64,000 bases of DNA from Acidimicrobiia bacterium (GTDB lineage: Bacteria > Actinomycetota > Acidimicrobiia > Spongiisociales > ZC4RG35): positions 10,802-74,801 of the forward strand of contig JAICNB010000003.1 in assembly GCA_025928935.1 (NCBI GenBank), given 5' to 3'. The translations under genes were made by a program, and so were the position numbers. Shown here piece by piece: positions 62,025 to 64,000 of this stretch; within the stretch, counting starts at the first letter, position 1, and each line of letters begins with the position of its first letter. Below the pieces are notes generated by a model. The model was not told where the DNA came from. It did no database searches and worked only from the letters and a program-made list of their open reading frames with translations.

Positions 62025-63574
62025 TGAAGAATGTTCGCTGGGGCCATGTGCTGGTCGCCGCGGTCCCAGCGTTGTTCATCGGGTACTTCTTCCTCTATCC
62101 GCTTGCCCGGATCCTCGTCCTCGGCCTGTCCGAGCTGGAAGTCGGGTCGGATGGCGTCGAGGCGAGGCTGCTCCAGATCGGGTGGTTCACGTTGTGGCAG
62201 GCCGTGGTGTCCACCGCCCTGACACTGCTGGTCTCGGCGCCGATGACATGGGCGGTCTCACAGTTCGAGTTCCGGGGTCGAAAGCTGGCCACGGCCGCGG
62301 TGACCGTTCCATTCGTTCTCCCCACCGTGGTGGTCGGCACGGCCTTCGTTGCCCTGGGCTGGCGTGATTCTGTCGGCGCGATCATCGTCGCCCACGTCTT
62401 CTTCAACGTCGCTGTCGTCGTCCGAACGGTGGGCGCGCTGTGGGCGAGACTCGATCCGACTCTGCACGACGCCGGCCGGGTGCTCGGTGCGAGTGAATGG
62501 AAGGTGTTCCGCACCATCACCCTCCCCCTGCTCCGGCCTGCCATCGCCGCGGCGGCTTCGATCGTCTTCCTCTTCACCTTCACCTCGTTCGGCGTGGTCC
62601 TGATCCTGGGTGGCTTCAGGTTCGCCACTCTCGAGGTCGAGATCTATCGGCAGGCAGTGACCCTCTTCGATCTACCCCTGGCCGCCGCCCTCGCTGTCGT
62701 GCAGCTCCTGGGTGTGACAGCCGCCCTATACGCGTATGCCCGCTATCAGGAGCGACACACCGCTACCTGGGCGCTCCGCGCCGAGTCCGACAGACCTGAG
62801 CCGAAGGGAAGGGCACGGCTCTGGGTGGGGGCCAGCGTCATCGGCACCTTGCTCGCGTTGGCCGTGCCAATCGTCGTCCTGGTGGCGAGATCGCTTCAAC
62901 CGGGGGCCTACGCCGGGCTGTTCCAGGACGACCGGGTGGTGGGGAGGCCGATCGCATCGGCAGGCAACAGCCTCATGTTCGCCGTCATCGCCTCTCTGAT
63001 CGCGGTGGCCATCGGTGTGATGGCGTCGACCGTGATCACGGGGCGTCGGGGCAGTCTTTCCCGTTGGTTCGACCTGACCCTGATGCTCCCCCTGGGCACC
63101 TCTGCCGTCACCATCGGATTCGGATTCATCGTCGCACTCGGCGAGCCCGTCGACCTGAGGGCCTCGTTCTGGCTCATACCGATCGCCCACGCCCTGGTCG
63201 CCATACCCTTCGTGGTGCGGACGACCGTGCCCACCATCCAATCCATCCCGGCTGAGACCCGGGAGGCGGCGCGTGTCCTCGGGGCGTCCCCGGGCCGGGT
63301 CTGGCGCGAGATCGACCTGCCCATCGTCAGCCGGGCGGCACTCGTCGGAGCCGCCTTCGCCTTCGTGGTGTCACTGGGTGAGTTCGGCGCGACATCTTTC
63401 ATCGCCCGGCCCAACACGGCCACCATGCCTGTGATGATCGTGAGGCTGCTCTCCCGCCCCGGCACCGGCTCGTTCGCCATGGCATTGGCCCTGGCAGTGA
63501 TCCTGGCAGCGATGACGGCCGCCATCGTGCTCTGGATCGATCGTCTCCAATTCGGCGAGATCGGCACCTTCTGA
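62024..63574 (+). CDS. thiP: thiamine ABC transporter permease (duplicated BPD-type TM domain)
   Basis: The ATG overlaps the thiB stop (TGATG). There are two permease halves, each with an EAA-like loop (DAGRVLGASEWKVFRTITLP; EAARVLGASPGRVWREIDLP). Confidence 0.8.
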   Translation: MKNVRWGHVLVAAVPALFIGYFFLYPLARILVLGLSELEVGSDGVEARLLQIGWFTLWQAVVSTALTLLVSAPMTWAVSQFEFRGRKLATAAVTVPFVLPTVVVGTAFVALGWRDSVGAIIVAHVFFNVAVVVRTVGALWARLDPTLHDAGRVLGASEWKVFRTITLPLLRPAIAAAASIVFLFTFTSFGVVLILGGFRFATLEVEIYRQAVTLFDLPLAAALAVVQLLGVTAALYAYARYQERHTATWALRAESDRPEPKGRARLWVGASVIGTLLALAVPIVVLVARSLQPGAYAGLFQDDRVVGRPIASAGNSLMFAVIASLIAVAIGVMASTVITGRRGSLSRWFDLTLMLPLGTSAVTIGFGFIVALGEPVDLRASFWLIPIAHALVAIPFVVRTTVPTIQSIPAETREAARVLGASPGRVWREIDLPIVSRAALVGAAFAFVVSLGEFGATSFIARPNTATMPVMIVRLLSRPGTGSFAMALALAVILAAMTAAIVLWIDRLQFGEIGTF

Positions 63575-64000
63575 TGCTGGAGGTGCGTTCGGTCGCCGTG
63601 ACGCTGGATGGGAACGAGGTGCTTCGGGACGTGACCCTGTCTGTGTCGAACGGCGAGTCGGTCGCGGTGCTGGGTCCGTCCGGATCGGGGAAGTCGACCC
63701 TCCTCCGAGCCATCGCCGGGCTGGTGCCGATCGAATCGGGATCCATCATGTGGGATGGGCGCGAGGTCACCAATGTTCCGACCCACCTGCGCGAATTCGG
63801 CCTCATGTTCCAGGGTTACGCCCTGTTCCCCCACCTCGACGTGGCCGGCAATGTCGGGTTTGGGCTGAGGATGATGAATCTCCCCCCCTCCGAGATCGAG
63901 GGACGGGTCACCGAGGCGCTCGACTTGGTCGGTCTTGCCGGGTTCAGGAGTCGGACTATCGCCGACCTGTCGGGTGGGGAGAGACAACGGGTCGCCCTCG
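63574..64000 (+). CDS. thiQ: thiamine ABC transporter ATP-binding protein (3' end outside window)
   Basis: The ATG overlaps the thiP stop. Walker A GPSGSGKST, Q-loop MFQGYALFPH and signature LSGGERQR are present. The ORF runs off the window edge, so it is absent from the ORF track. Confidence 0.85.
   Translation, partial: MLEVRSVAVTLDGNEVLRDVTLSVSNGESVAVLGPSGSGKSTLLRAIAGLVPIESGSIMWDGREVTNVPTHLREFGLMFQGYALFPHLDVAGNVGFGLRMMNLPPSEIEGRVTEALDLVGLAGFRSRTIADLSGGERQRVAL

Overview
High-GC chromosomal segment (GC not computed). Actinobacterial hallmarks are the ClpS-DUF2017 pair, an XRE/HbhA-like pair, an MshD-like double GNAT, a SigK-like ECF sigma, frequent GTG/TTG starts and many 4-nt ATGA/GTGA overlaps. 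An Acidimicrobiia-like lineage is only a guess. The window is almost fully coding. I support about 65 protein genes, one tRNA-Lys(UUU), one TPP riboswitch, two probable pseudogenes and several stem-loop terminators. Content is mostly housekeeping. It includes nitrogen and NAD metabolism (nadE, glnE) and proline metabolism (PRODH-proC, and a separate P5C/aldehyde dehydrogenase). It also has a dispersed acyl-CoA / branched-chain catabolic set: thiolase, family III CoA-transferase, SDRs, MaoC, both acyl-CoA carboxylase subunits, acyl-CoA dehydrogenase and KAS. A membrane Fe-S reductase, plsY, bcp and a riboswitch-controlled thiBPQ transporter are also present. No CRISPR array, rRNA, transposase, integrase or recognisable defence system was seen. 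Six items deserve a second look. (1) A SigK-like ECF sigma has no RskA-type anti-sigma and is divergently paired with a CarH-type (Wx9EH) cobalamin-binding protein that lacks a DNA-binding domain; a fasciclin lipoprotein lies next door. (2) One polypeptide fuses an endonuclease-IV-like TIM barrel to a LigD-type primase-polymerase domain. (3) A HisA-like barrel carries Asn at the catalytic Asp position and is fused to a VOC domain. (4) A bacterial eRF1-like protein reads GGF where GGQ is expected. (5) A ~50-bp palindromic intergenic element occurs three times. (6) A VIT1 gene is interrupted by a single in-frame TAG. All family assignments come from motif recognition by eye; no database search was run.
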